Source: Octopus bimaculoides
Lineage: Eukaryota
DNA: 64,000 nucleotides
NCBI RefSeq assembly: GCF_001194135.2
Contig: NC_068982.1
Span: 136,689,008 to 136,753,007 of the forward strand
Reading direction: 5' to 3'
Part shown: piece after piece, positions 1-11,150 of the stretch
Layout: every line of letters starts with the position of its first letter
Position numbering within the stretch: the stretch's first letter is position 1
Notes under the pieces: model-generated
What the model saw: only the letters and a program-made list of their open reading frames with translations
Told to the model about the DNA's origin: nothing
The model's database searches: none
Program-made: the position numbers and the translations under genes

Positions 1-420
1 ATGTCTTGATGAATACTTTCTACCAGATCCTCACTCATATCCCCCAGATTTTGTGAAAGAAATCTAAACGGGCATGTAAGAAATGAAGTTTAATGCTCAT
101 TTTATATCCTAAGGCCTCGATCTTTTCCGGCATTCTTTCCAAATGTCTTGGTAATTTGGAACCTACGAAGTTCTTCATCACATCTTTAAAACTAATCCCT
201 GCATTTTTCAGAATCTCTAACAGTTTTTAAAATGTATATCCTTATATCTGGTCCTGCAAATACACCTTCTTCAAACTTGAGTCTGGTCGAGCAGGAAACC
301 TGCAAAAGAAATACTTGAAGCCCTCTCCATTCTGTGGCAAGGCTTTTGCAATTTGCCTCCTGAGACCATGTAGAGAAGCAAAACAAACCTTTACGGTTTC
401 ATGAAGGATGTTCTTCGTGT
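1..420 (-). mobile_element. Decayed DNA transposase fragment (HFLHSHLD / GERFHQD-type family, probably Chapaev3/CMC-like), cut by window start
   Basis: Frameshifted minus-strand translation gives KALPQNGEGFKYF, EEGVFAGPDIR, ISFKDVMKNFVG, EALGYKMSIKLHFLHARLDFF.QNLGDMSED..ESIHQDI. These are collinear with the recalled consensus KALPKDG..FKYL..KEGVFVGPDIR..FKDVVKNFLG..ALGCNMSLKVHFLHSHLDYFPENLGDVSEEQGERFHQDI. The superfamily name is from memory. Confidence 0.75.
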
Positions 421-480
421 AAGCGTACTCCTATTTAGACCAATGGAAATTCATGGAATATATACGGTTCTATATTAAAG

Positions 481-645
481 AGATGAGGAATTATGTACAT
501 TATTTACGTTATTTACATTTGACGGATATTTGTCCTCATCTTGTTTGTTCTTAACACAACGTTTCGGCTGATATATCCTCCAGCCTTCATCAGGTGTCTT
601 GGGAAATTTTCGAACCTGGGTTCTCATTCCTAAAGTATTCTTCGA

Positions 646-680
<35 letters not shown>

Positions 681-831
681 TCACTGCCTGGAATCGAACT
701 CGAAATCTTGGGGTTAGTAGCCCGCGGTCTTAACCACCACGCCATATACCCCTGGGCATATGGCGTAGTGATACGTTCTTCAAGCCAGATATTACAAATA
801 TCCGTCAAATGTAAATAATGTAAACAATGTA
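481..831 (-). mobile_element. tRNA-headed short repeat with a Penelope-type hammerhead tail, plus a head-to-head internally deleted second copy
   Basis: Minus 752-677 is tRNA-like (TGGCGTGGTGG A box, GAGTTCGATTCC B box), followed by (AAT)n, a hammerhead at 598-553 and a tail at 533-496. Plus-strand head GGGCATATGGCGTAGTG at 754-770; tail copy at 794-831 (36/38 identical to the reverse complement of 496-533). Confidence 0.7.
553..598 (-). ncRNA. Minimal type I hammerhead ribozyme motif
   Basis: Minus reading GACAC-CTGATGA-A-GGCTG(loop)CAGCC-GAAAC-GTT-GTGTT: intact core, 5-bp stem II, 5-bp stem I, palindromic AC/GT stem III. Confidence 0.7.
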
Positions 832-849
832 TATATAAAGTTTCAAGTT

Positions 850-1030
850 TCATCTATTTGAAAAGGACGATTGTAACAAATGATCATGCTGTTGATAGCC
901 TGCTTCTGCTTCTACGAAATGTGAAGTCGAAATATCCATTTGTCGTTCAATGCCATAAATTTTATCTATATCTTGAGCAAGTAGATAAGAACGTCGTTCA
1001 AAGCCGATGCAAGATTTGAATAATATATTC
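850..1030 (-). CDS. Candidate terminal coding exon, unknown product
   Basis: Acceptor-like ttacag|G opens NILFKSCIGFERRSYLLAQDIDKIYGIERQMDISTSHFVEAEAGYQQHDHLLQSSFSNR* in non-repetitive DNA; no family recognised. Confidence 0.2.
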
Positions 1031-1544
1031 CTGTAATTTACTGCTTCATACACAAGAAATTTTATTTTTATTTCCTCTCTAGCTGATAAATGCATTCTTG
1101 AGTTGATTTATTTTTACACAAAAATGTAAACCAACAAATTCTCGTTAAAACGTATGTTTTTTCAATAACCACATCAGAATTTTTCAGATTAAGATGTTTT
1201 CTACTTATGAAATAAATAAATAAATAATATTCTTAAAAGTCTATTTTAAAGGAAGTATCCATTAATATTTCATCGAGTTATCATGAAAGTCATTGGCAAA
1301 TATGTTGAGAGGAGTTGTCCTGATTGAAAAGCTTCCTCTCCATATTATTGACAACGACCGGGAATTGAGGTCCTAAACGGTGAGTGGATTTTCTTAATTG
1401 TGAATCGAACTCCAGTATCCAAACTCTTCGACAGTAGCTTAACACTGCCTAACAGTGTTCTCACCAAAACGGAATGTATATTGATAACGGTTAGCATGTT
1501 CGAAGATAGCACAATATTTCTTTGCTGGGTTTTTGTCTTTTATA

Positions 1545-1790
1545 TGTTTCAGTTAATAGACTGCTGCCATCCTGGGGCACCGCCTTGAAGAATATTAAGT
1601 CGACGGAATCGCCCTCAGTACTTATTTTGTTAAGCCTGGTACACATTCTATTTGAACCCTTTTGGCGAACCGCTAAATTATGGGACGTAAACACCCCAGT
1701 ACTAGTTGTGAAGCGGCGGAATGACAAACACAGCAAAAAAGACCCTTAAATACACAAATACATAAATATATATACATACGTATATACATA
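1545..1790 (-). mobile_element. SINE family A, 3' half
   Basis: Reverse complement of the family A tail (GGCGGTGCCCCAG..ATGGC..CAGTC..CTGAAACA) and body (TTTACGTCCC..TTAGCGGTTCG). Confidence 0.75.
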
Positions 1791-2697
1791 TTGCGCCTAA
1801 AGGACGATGAAACACCCTTTAGCATCATATGGAAATTACTAGAAACTTGTGGACCCTATTGCAATGGAAGAATGCTATGTAAATTGTTTATGGCAGAAAT
1901 TATATAATCTTTATAAACTCACATGAGCCAGGAGACTACCTGAAATCTAGGACAGAAGCCCTGGAGAGTTGTTCACATTTTCGGATATTTTTACTTCAAA
2001 ATTTGAAAACCTAGCTATGAAGCGAAGGAAGACAATTCACCCAGCCATAACTTTTTCAGAGCAATATTTCTTCAACTATCACTAGCGTTCTTGTATTTTT
2101 AAAAAAACATTCTTTGCAGAGAACAGTTATCGTTTAGAGAAACTGAAGATATGTCTAGTTCACGCTAGATATGAAACCTATGTTTTTTGTATTTTTTTTT
2201 CTAAAATTGTTACTTTACACATACAGAAATTTATATATATNNNNNNNNNNNNNNNNNNNNNNNNNNNNNNNNNNNNNNNNNNNNNNNNNNNNNNNNNNNN
2301 NNNNNNNNNNNNNNNNNNNNNNNNNNNNNNNNNNNNNNNNNNNNNNNNNNNNNNNNNNNNNNNNNNNNNNNNNNNNNNNNNNNNNNNNNNNNNNNNNNNN
2401 NNNNNNNNNNNNNNNNNNNNNNNNNNNNNNNNNNNNNNNNNNNNNNNNNNNNNNNNNNNNNNNNNNNNNNNNNNNNNNNNNNNNNNNNNNNNNNNNNNNN
2501 NNNNNNNNNNNNNNNNNNNNNNNNNNNNNNNNNNNNNNNNNNNNNNNNNNNNNNNNNNNNNNNNNNNNNNNNNNNNNNNNNNNNNNNNNNNNNNNNNNNN
2601 NNNNNNNNNNNNNNNNNNNNNNNNNNNNNNNNNNNNNNNNNNNNNNNNNNNNNNNNNNNNNNNNNNNNNNNTATATATATATATATATATATATATA

Positions 2698-2856
2698 CAC
2701 GACAGTCTTCTTTCAGTTTCCGTCTGTCAGATCTATTCACAAGGCTTTGCCCCGAGGTTATAGTAGAAGACACTTGTCAAAGCTACCACGCACTGGGACT
2801 GAACTTTGATCTATGCGACTGGGAAGCAAACATCTTACCACAGAGCCACGACTGTA
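2698..2856 (-). mobile_element. SINE family A, 5' half
   Basis: Reverse complement of GTGGCTCTGTGGTAAG..GTTCAGTCCCAGTGCGTGG..ACAAGTGTCTTCTACTATA..GACGGAAACTGAAAGAAG. Confidence 0.8.
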
Positions 2857-3077
2857 TGATTAATATTCATATGTAAATATCAATTGAATGACATCTTATA
2901 TTTGGTGAGATTTCTTGCTTTGGGGGAAAATAAAGGAATTTTTGTGACCTAAATATAGACCAAACACTAGAAATCAAGGAATATTGGTACGAATCAGAAA
3001 TCGAAGCGAAGTTAGAGATGTTTAACTCCGTGTTTGAGAGAGATGATGATGATGACGATGATGATGACGACGACGAC

Positions 3078-3123
<46 letters not shown>

Positions 3124-3438
3124 TTGATGATGATGATGGTAGAAACATAGAATGCAGCTATTATTGTTTTAGAAGTATGTAAAGATGTAAGAGGACGATT
3201 GCAACTCTGCAGCTGGCTGGAATAATTGGTGCTAAATAAACACTAAGAATCTCTTTAATTAGCACAAAATTAAAATTTTTCATTTGACACACTATTGCAA
3301 TTAAAATTATAGCTTGAGTGTTTTGTCATAATTATCCCTGTCCAAGTTAAATATTAATGAGAAAACACGAGGTTAATGCAAATGTACTTTATATTTCAAC
3401 TGAACTTAAAAGCAAACGTTAATGTATATGTGTATGTG

Positions 3439-3472
<34 letters not shown>

Positions 3473-3519
3473 TGTGTGTGAGTGCGCATGCGCGTGGTTT
3501 TGTGTGCCTACGTGTACGT

Positions 3520-3698
3520 GTGTTTTTTGTGTTTGTCCACCATTACCACCTGGCAGCGGATGTTGGTTTATTTACGTCCCCATAACGTAGCAGTTTCGCA
3601 AAGAGACTCAGAGAATGTTTCATACTTTAGAAATAAACCCTGGGTGACCTGGATCCATTTACGCCTTTCAAGGCGATGATGCCTCAACATGGCCACAA
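3520..3698 (+). mobile_element. SINE family A, decayed 3' half, tail-to-tail with the next copy
   Basis: TTTACGTCCCCATAACGTAGCAG..AAAGAGAC..CAACATGGCCACA after (GT)n. Confidence 0.65.
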
Positions 3699-4026
3699 TA
3701 TTCTTTTATTCTTTTACTTGTTTCATGACTGCGGCCATGCTGGAGCACCGGCTTTTAGGCAAACAAATCGACCCTAGGTCTTATTCTTTGTAAGCCTAGT
3801 ACCGCTAGGTTACGGGAATGTAAACACACCAATATCTATTGTCAAGCGACGTTGGGGGACAACCACAGACACGCACACACATATATACGACGAGCTTCTT
3901 TCAGATTCCGTCTTCCAGATCTACTCACAAGGCTTTGGTCGGCCCGAAGCTATAGCAGAAGGCACCTGCCCAATGTGCCACACGGTGGGACTGAAGCCAG
4001 AACCATGTGATTGGTAAGCAAGCTAC

Positions 4027-6278
4027 TTTATTTCATTTCAATTTGCCATAAAGGCAGTACGCAAGGAGTAACTACGGGCTGGACAAAAACATTAATGAGA
4101 TGAGATGAATGGTGATTAATATGGTATTAATTGGAGAAGACAGGAGCCGCCCGCCGAACTCTGCTTCTCTAAATCAATGTTCTTTTATAAATTAACACAT
4201 ACATTTACAATTTGAGGCTATAAACCTCTTACTTTACAGTTTCAATTTCAACTGTCTTTGAAATGAGGCACTTGCCTCTTCCACTTTTCTTTTCATGGGC
4301 CACAAGCCCGTTCAATATGAGGCACTCGTCCTCTTACATTTTACCGCTCGACCAGACTCCGTGCTTCACTTAAGCACCTCGCTGGTTCTTCATTGGGCAA
4401 CTTTAGCAAAAAGCGGAAAGTGTCTTTAGGGAAGGAATTCATCACCCTGCACAAGTCTGTCTTCCACACGACCACCGCAGTCACTTGCGGAGGCCAGCTA
4501 GGGTCCTTGGTACAGGTGAGGATCCCTCTCATCCGACCCTTCCTGGCAACCTTTTTTACAAAATTTTCTACGGACCCTCCCTTGTGGAAAAGGACTACAA
4601 ATTCCTCCTCCTCATAGGTCGAAGCCTCAGTTTCTACTGTCGGCGTCACAATTCCCACCGACAGGCTTTCCTCCGTTCGTGGCACAATTCCCACCAACAG
4701 AGTTTCGGGACACGCCGGCGGTGCACTACCGGGCTCAGGCCGTGTCCCGTTCTTCTTTTTCTTCTTTTTTTGGGGGGCCACTGGAACAGGACGCACTTCC
4801 ACCTTAGCCAGAAGGTCCTCCTCCTCCCCCGCAACTTTCGGTGAACAACCATTATTGCCCACCTTCTTTCTTTTCTTCCCTTTCTTCGAGGAGGTGGAAA
4901 CCTCCTCGACTTTCTCCGTCTCTCCCTGCACTGGGAGAGCAGGGGGAACAACATTTATTAACTATTCCAGGACCTTACTCTGGTCCTGGGGGAAGTCCTT
5001 CTTAATATGACCNNNNNNNNNNNNNNNNNNNNNNNNNNNNNNNNNNNNNNNNNNNNNNNNNNNNNNNNNNNNNNNNNNNNNNNNNNNNNNNNNNNNNNNN
5101 NNNNNNNNNNNNNNNNNNNNNNNNNNNNNNNNNNNNNNNNNNNNNNNNNNNNNNNNNNNNNNNNNNNNNNNNNNNNNNNNNNNNNNNNNNNNNNNNNNNN
5201 NNNNNNNNNNNNNNNNNNNNNNNNNNNNNNNNNNNNNNNNNNNNNNNNNNNNNNNNNNNNNNNNNNNNNNNNNNNNNNNNNNNNNNNNNNNNNNNNNNNN
5301 NNNNNNNNNNNNNNNNNNNNNNNNNNNNNNNNNNNNNNNNNNNNNNNNNNNNNNNNNNNNNNNNNNNNNNNNNNNNNNNNNNNNNNNNNNNNNNNNNNNN
5401 NNNNNNNNNNNNNNNNNNNNNNNNNNNNNNNNNNNNNNNNNNNNNNNNNNNNNNNNNNNNNNNNNNNNNNNNNNNNNNNNNNNNNNNNNNNNNNNNNNNN
5501 NNNNNNNNNNNNNNNNNNNNNNNNNNNNNNNNNNNNNNNNNNNNNNNNNNNNNNNNNNNNNNNNNNNNNNNNNNNNNNNNNNNNNNNNNNNNNNNNNNNN
5601 NNNNNNNNNNNNNNNNNNNNNNNNNNNNNNNNNNNNNNNNNNNNNNNNNNNNNNNNNNNNNNNNNNNNNNNNNNNNNNNNNNNNNNNNNNNNNNNNNNNA
5701 GTTCATAAAAGAAAGAGAAAGGAAGTACAACAGTTCAAGAAGAATAAATAAAATATGAAGTTCCAGGATAACAAATTTTCAGGCCACAACGATTTGATCC
5801 CGGCACCGCTGCAGTCGTCACTTTGCTGGTAAAAATTAAATCCTTTGCGTAGTTCCACGTGGTGTAGTTCAAAGCAAGAGGAAGACTTTTCTTCAAATTT
5901 ATTAGCTTTCAAAACTTGGTTTGGAAATCATTAACTCCTTTTCTTTTTTAAACAAAGTTCACAATATCTATCTGTAGTTTTCAAATCATGACTTGAAGAC
6001 AACAAACTTCTACAAACTAAGTTCACAATTTTGGGAGGAGTGATACCCCCAAAACACTCTTTTCACCGCTAAGTGAGACTTTAAGCACAACCACAGGCAG
6101 ACAAATGCGTGGAATTCAGTGGAGATTTCTTGTTCGACATAAATATAAATAAACACGAGCAACAAACCCCCACTAAATCCAAAAATCACAAAAGTCTTAC
6201 CTGTAGCTGTACGTCAAAAATTCACAACGCTGTCATTCAGCGACGTGACAGCAGGAGCGACAAAAAACACGTCCTTTC
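4027..6278 (-). mobile_element. Non-LTR-like retroelement (Tx1-like by inference), ORF1 only visible, with 14-bp TSD
   Basis: TSD ggtaagcaagctac (4013-4026) / ggtaagcatgctac (6279-6292), 13/14 identical. The 3' end is GAAATGAAATAAA. Contains an ORF at 4341-4931 and an N-gap at 5013-5699. Confidence 0.8.
4341..5012 (-). pseudogene. gag-like ORF1 of the inserted element, one in-frame TAG at 4964-4962, continues into the gap
   Basis: Frame reads GHIKKDFPQDQSKVLE*LINVVPPALPVQGETEKVEEVSTSSKKGKKRKK...EARSLVER*. GHIKKD(F)P resembles the end of a CCHC zinc knuckle (GHxxxxCP), followed by a Lys-rich linker. Confidence 0.6.
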
Positions 6279-6333
6279 GGTAAGCATGCTACTTACCACA
6301 CAGCTACTCCTCCGCATGTATGATAAATATCTA

Positions 6334-6575
6334 GGGTGGCGAGCTGGCAGTATCGTTAGCACGCCGGGCGAAATGCTTAGCGGTATTTCATCTGCCTTTA
6401 CGTTCTAAGTTCAAACTCCGCCGAGGTCGACTTTGCCTTCCATCTTTTCGGGGTGGATTAAATAAGTACTAACTACGTACTGGGGTAGTTGTAATCGACT
6501 TAAACCCTTTGTTTGTCCTTGTTTGTCCTTGTTTGTCCCCTCTATGTTTAGCCCCCTGTGAGCAATAAAGAAGTA
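6334..6575 (+). mobile_element. SINE family C (GGCGGCGAGCTGGCAG head, Meta-domain-like centre)
   Basis: GGCGAGCTGGCAG..GTTCAAACTCCGCCGAGGTCGACTTTGCCTTCCATC..GGGGT..AAGTAC; (TTGTTTGTCC)n tail. Confidence 0.85.
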
Positions 6576-6921
6576 TATATGATAAATATTATTTACAAAA
6601 TCTTGTTTATGGAGGAAGAGTGAAACATTCACGCCTTTCCTTTGACTTCTCGCAAAAACTAACAACGAATGTGCTGTGAAGAATCTTATTTAAAAATACA
6701 GCATGCACAGAAAAACATAACCCAAACTCCAGGAGTTGCAAATATGCAGAGCATACAGAAAACTACTATAACTAGGGTATTACACATATTATGCAGATTT
6801 CTGTGAATACAAATGAAAATATAAAATGAAAATTAAAAGCTGCACACGACCAAGCAACATAGAGGTGCGCTCTATTGAGAAGTGAAGCCACCCGATAAAA
6901 CTATAACTGGTGAAGGGTTGC

Positions 6922-6948
6922 GGTGGTGGTGGTGGTGGCGGCGGTGGC

Positions 6949-6983
<35 letters not shown>

Positions 6984-7000
6984 CAGCAGCAGCAGCAGCG
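6922..7000. repeat. Compound microsatellite (GGT)n(AGT)n(AGC)n
   Basis: Direct reading. Confidence 0.95.
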
Positions 7001-7654
7001 GCAGTAATGTTAGTAGTAATAGTAGTAGTTATTCGCTGTTACTTGAGGCCTCTGCTTGAGACTTGGAGCAGCTCGTATAAAATAAACAATAACGTAAAAA
7101 TAATAGCAATAATAATAATAATAATAATAATAACATAAAACCAAAGAAAATGCTTAATGAAACCAATAAGAATTATTCTTTCTTTTTATATTACATGGCG
7201 TCTGATATAGGATTTGAAGCATGTCATAGCACAGGAAGCTCCTTTGATAATTACTATATTTTTGAAAAAAATGCCGTGTTCACAGGGGAAAGTAGCGTTA
7301 AAACGATAATTATAACGTGAATTAGAAGCTAAAGGAATACATGCTTTCAGATGTTAGTTTTCTCTCATGAAAAGAAAACATTAAATTATGTAAATAATAC
7401 AAATACACATGCGTATCGATCTGAATTTTTAAGGGTTAAGGAAATTCTTGGAAACATGTATTTATTGAATCAAAAATAACTAAATACAAAATCAGCAAAA
7501 AAACGAAAAGAATAATTGTAACAATGAAGTCGTAAACAAGGCTAGAATGCTTGAAACTGGTAAACATCTGAAAAAGCTTTATGTTGCGAAATTTCAAAGA
7601 TTGTGATTATTCGAAAATAACTGCACGAAAAGAAATTTCTTATCAAAAGTAAGT

Positions 7655-7860
7655 AAAATTCTTTCTACTTTAGGCATAAGTTCTGAAAATTTGAGGGAAG
7701 GGGCTTGTCAATTACGTCGGCCCCCAGTGCTCGTATGATATTATTTTATTGACCCTGAAAGGACCTCGATGGAATTTGAACCCAAATGGTAAAGTGCCGG
7801 AGGAAATGCCGCTAAGCATTTTATTAGGTGAGGTAACGATTCTGCCATCTCACAACCTTT
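7655..7860 (-). mobile_element. SINE family C, decayed
   Basis: Reverse complement of GATGGCAGAATCGTTACC..AAATGCTTAGCGGCATTTCC..GGGTTCAAATTCC..GAGGTC. Confidence 0.7.
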
Positions 7861-8179
7861 GCCTAACAAGGATATACTGAAAGCAAAAACGGATTACTTT
7901 TCCAGCAAGGGACACAGAGAATTACGGCATACTGTGAAACGTCATTAAACGAAAAATGAAATTAAAAGTTTCTCTGAAACTCCAATGTCAAACAGAACTC
8001 GATAAAGACATACTTCTCGTCGTAAATTAGGAAAAACCTTGAACTTAGTAGTAAATTACCACAATAAAAACGATGATTTGTTAATCCAACCAAATAATTG
8101 TTGCTACCAAGAAAATTTCACAGTTCGAGAATTTATTCCAGAGGGCACTCACTAAACGAATTGAAAGCATGACTGATTT

Positions 8180-8675
8180 TGATTACTGGGACCGCCTTAG
8201 AGCCTTGAAGCTCTACTCTCTCCAGCGCCGCCGCGAGCGGTACATCATCTGTACGGTGTAGAAAATATACCACCAGCATTGCCCAAACGACCTGAACATT
8301 AGTTTCAAGGTTCATCCAAGGCTGGGACCACGGGCCATACGTCCCCTGCCCAATTCAGGATCACAACATATAGGTACACTGCGGCATAATTTCTTTTCCT
8401 CAACAGGCCCTGCCCTGTTTCACATTGTCACGAAACAGATAAAAGAGGAAAAGGATCATATCAGCTTTAAACGGAGTCTAGACAGTTTTCTTCAAGGAAT
8501 ACCAGACAAGCCACCCATACCTGGATACAACTCACTCAATAAGAACTCACTACTTCAATGGACGATAAACAAACCTTGACTGTAAAAAGGATTTAGATAA
8601 TCCTATAAAGTGGTGCTATTAAGTTAGACATGGCCTGGACCAATCTTTGGTCGAAACATATCTAATTTTATCTAA
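8180..8675 (+). mobile_element. CR1-like LINE, RT C-terminus and 3' end
   Basis: DYWDRLRALKLYSLQRRRERYII..HNFFSSTGPALF..FKRSLDSFLQGIPDKPPIPGYNSLNKNSLLQW; typical of CR1/Jockey-group ORF2 termini; contains stops and frameshifts. Confidence 0.8.
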
Positions 8676-8869
8676 GTTTATATATGAAGCAACGAATTTA
8701 TAGTTAGATGAACGACAAATGCAACTCAAGTATAGAAATAGTCGTGTTTAGAATGATCAGTTCATCGGAGACTAAACAGCTATGAATTACTGTAAAAGAA
8801 GAAAAACGAGTAATGACAGAAAATATGAAATCGTTCTTTTGCTTACACTCTTATTTCATGATGGTTTCT

Positions 8870-9072
8870 AATTCAGGCACAAAACCAGGTGTGTTGAAGC
8901 AGAGGGAATTAATCCATCCTTTTATTTCACTAGTTTTATATTTCATCGACGCCAAAAAAGATCGAAAGCAAAGTTGACCTGAACAGAATTTGAAGTCAGA
9001 ATATAAGGAGCCGGGACAAATTACTCAAAACATTTCGTCCACTCTCTAACGCTTCAGTCAACTCACCGCCTC
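8870..9072 (-). mobile_element. SINE family C, strongly decayed
   Basis: Reverse complement of AGGCGGTGAGTTG..TTCTGACTTCAAATTCTG..GGTCAACTTTGCTTTCG. Confidence 0.55.
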
Positions 9073-9315
9073 CCAACCATTTGATAAGGAAAACATTGAG
9101 TATTTGAAACCTTCAACCAAAAATAACAGAAGTCATCCAGCAGTATAAAGAAAAACAGACGACAGTTCAATATGTGAGGCTTCGCCTAACGTACAACGTA
9201 GAATGTTTTTTTATCGAGAAATGTAAGAATTCTTGATATTTAACGTTTTCTAGTTCACCGTTTCTATTTAGTGACGATTTATTCATTTTAGCTGTTATCG
9301 GTGTCCATACGTATA

Positions 9316-9716
9316 TGGAGAGGCTGTGTGTTAAGGAGCTTGCTTTCCAATCACATGGTTCTGAGTTCAATCTTGCAGCGTGGAACCTTGGGCAAGTGTC
9401 TTCTGCTATGCCATCGGGCCAACCAAAGCCTTCTGAGTGGATTTAGTAGACGGAAACTGAAAGAAGCCCGTCGTATATATACTTTTTGATATGTGTGTGC
9501 GCGCGCGCGTGTATTTGTGTGTCTATGTTTGTCCTCCCACCATCGCTTGACAACTGATGTTGGTGTGTTTACGTCCCTGTAACCTAGCGTTTCGGCACAA
9601 GAGACCGATAGATTCTCTTTTAAAAAATAAGTTCTGAGGTCGATTTGCTCGACTAAAGGCTGTGCTCCAGCATGGCGGCAGTCAAATGACTGAAACCTGT
9701 AAAAGAATTAAAGTAT
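9316..9716 (+). mobile_element. SINE family A, near full length
   Basis: Head GGCTGTGTGTTAAGGAGCTTGCTTTCC, GGCAAGTGTCTTC, GACGGAAACTGAAAGAAGCCCGTCG, tail CCAGCATGGC..GTCAAATGACTGAAAC. Confidence 0.9.
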
Positions 9717-10810
9717 AACAGAATATATATGTTGGTCTTTATTCCATTTGATCTTGATATTATTTAGTTCATAATTATATGTAAGACTTTATCTGTCATA
9801 CGATTTGCATAATCCATTAGTAGTTTTAGAATACGATGGGTTTGAGGAAACCACGAAGGATGACTAACGTGTCAACTTTAACCCAATTCTTATAATTAGT
9901 CCAGCAAGAAGCCAGTTACCACAGACTGGCCTTTCAAACTCAGTTGGTGGAGCACAAGTCACAAGTGGAGATAATGCTTGAAGGGACGACGCCTGAATCC
10001 TTATACATATGGCTAGGCCTTTCTCTTAAATGACTGCGCTCATTCTGTCAAACCGTGACACTAATTAAAAGTAAATACAGTCCGATGTAATCTGCTAATA
10101 AACTATACAATTCACCAAACAACGTGAACTTTTGTAGACCTAAGTACTGCCCGCGGTGTGAAACCGAGCTGCGTGTTAGGTCGACTACAATCAAAATCTG
10201 GACAAAGGGTTACAGTATTCCTAGTAATACTAACACTAGAGAGAAGGTTTCACTAACTCCGTAAACCTCAACCCACAACTGGCTTATCATAATTTCGATT
10301 GTCCAGGGCTTCTAGACAAGTTGCTTTTGCAGGGAAGATGAGATGACATCTTCTTTGAGGTTGTTCTATTAAACTTGCAAATTACCTGATTTCCGATTTG
10401 CCAGTTTAATAGAAGAGGACTCCGTGATTTAATATTTTAGCATATAATTCATGATAAAAGAATTATTGATAAAGAAATTAAATAACAAAAAGATCATGAA
10501 AAATAAAACGCACATTATGGTTGATACGTTATAATCACGTTTGGCGGAAACAATAAATCATTCGAAATACAAGAACACACTGAGAGATGTAGAGAGAACA
10601 TGACGACTAATGTGATAGAAGTGTTGGCAGTGATTAAGAGTAATGGGCGGAGAAATACTTTAATTTCAGAAAGATATTCTCGCAAGATGTACCACAAATA
10701 TATGAGTAAAAATAACTAAATCAAAATGAAACATTTATTAACTATATGAACGATAATATTGTGTTTTTAACTATGAAACTCGAAGTGGATAAAGCTACAA
10801 ATACTAACAT

Positions 10811-11150
10811 GTTGTTGTTGTTGGCACTCCGTCGCTTACGACGTCGAGGGTTCCAGTTGATCCGGACAACGGAACAGCCTGCTCATGAAATTAACGTGCA
10901 AGTGGCTCAGCACTCCCCAGGCACGTGTACCCTTAACGTAGTTCTCGGGGATATTCAGTGTGACACAGTGTGACAGGGCTGACTCTTTGAATTACAGGCA
11001 CAACAGAAACAGGAAGTAAGAGTGAGAGAAAGCTGTGGTGGAAGAGTACAGCAGGGTTCGCCACAATCCCCTGCCGGAGCCTTATGGAGCTTTAGGTGTT
11101 TCCTATGACCACGAGCCGCTGCCCTAACCACTGTGCCATTGCGCCTCCAC
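10811..11150 (-). mobile_element. SINE family B (GGAGGCGCAATGGC head, (AAC)n tail) with perfect 10-bp TSD and an internal deletion in the head
   Basis: actaacatgt at 10803-10812 and 11151-11160; the body matches the copies at 42172 and 57756. Confidence 0.9.

Larger units (their letters stand above)
3701..6317 (-). mobile_element. SINE family A copy split by a 2.25-kb insertion (body 3701-4026, head 6279-6317)
   Basis: Head GCGGAGGAGTAGCTGTGTGGTAAGTAGCATGCTTACC at 6315-6279. The body resumes as GTAGCTTGCTTACCAATCACATGG at 4026 and runs to the tail at 3701. Confidence 0.9.

Noticed and set aside
8630-8665. Hairpin followed by GAAAC at the CR1-like 3' end as a hammerhead
   Set aside because: No CUGANGA core; more likely the usual LINE 3' stem-loop.
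9830-10400. Unique, moderately GC-rich block with long part-open frames on both strands
   Set aside because: Stops interrupt every frame and no convincing splice pair or motif was found; cannot be called without expression data.
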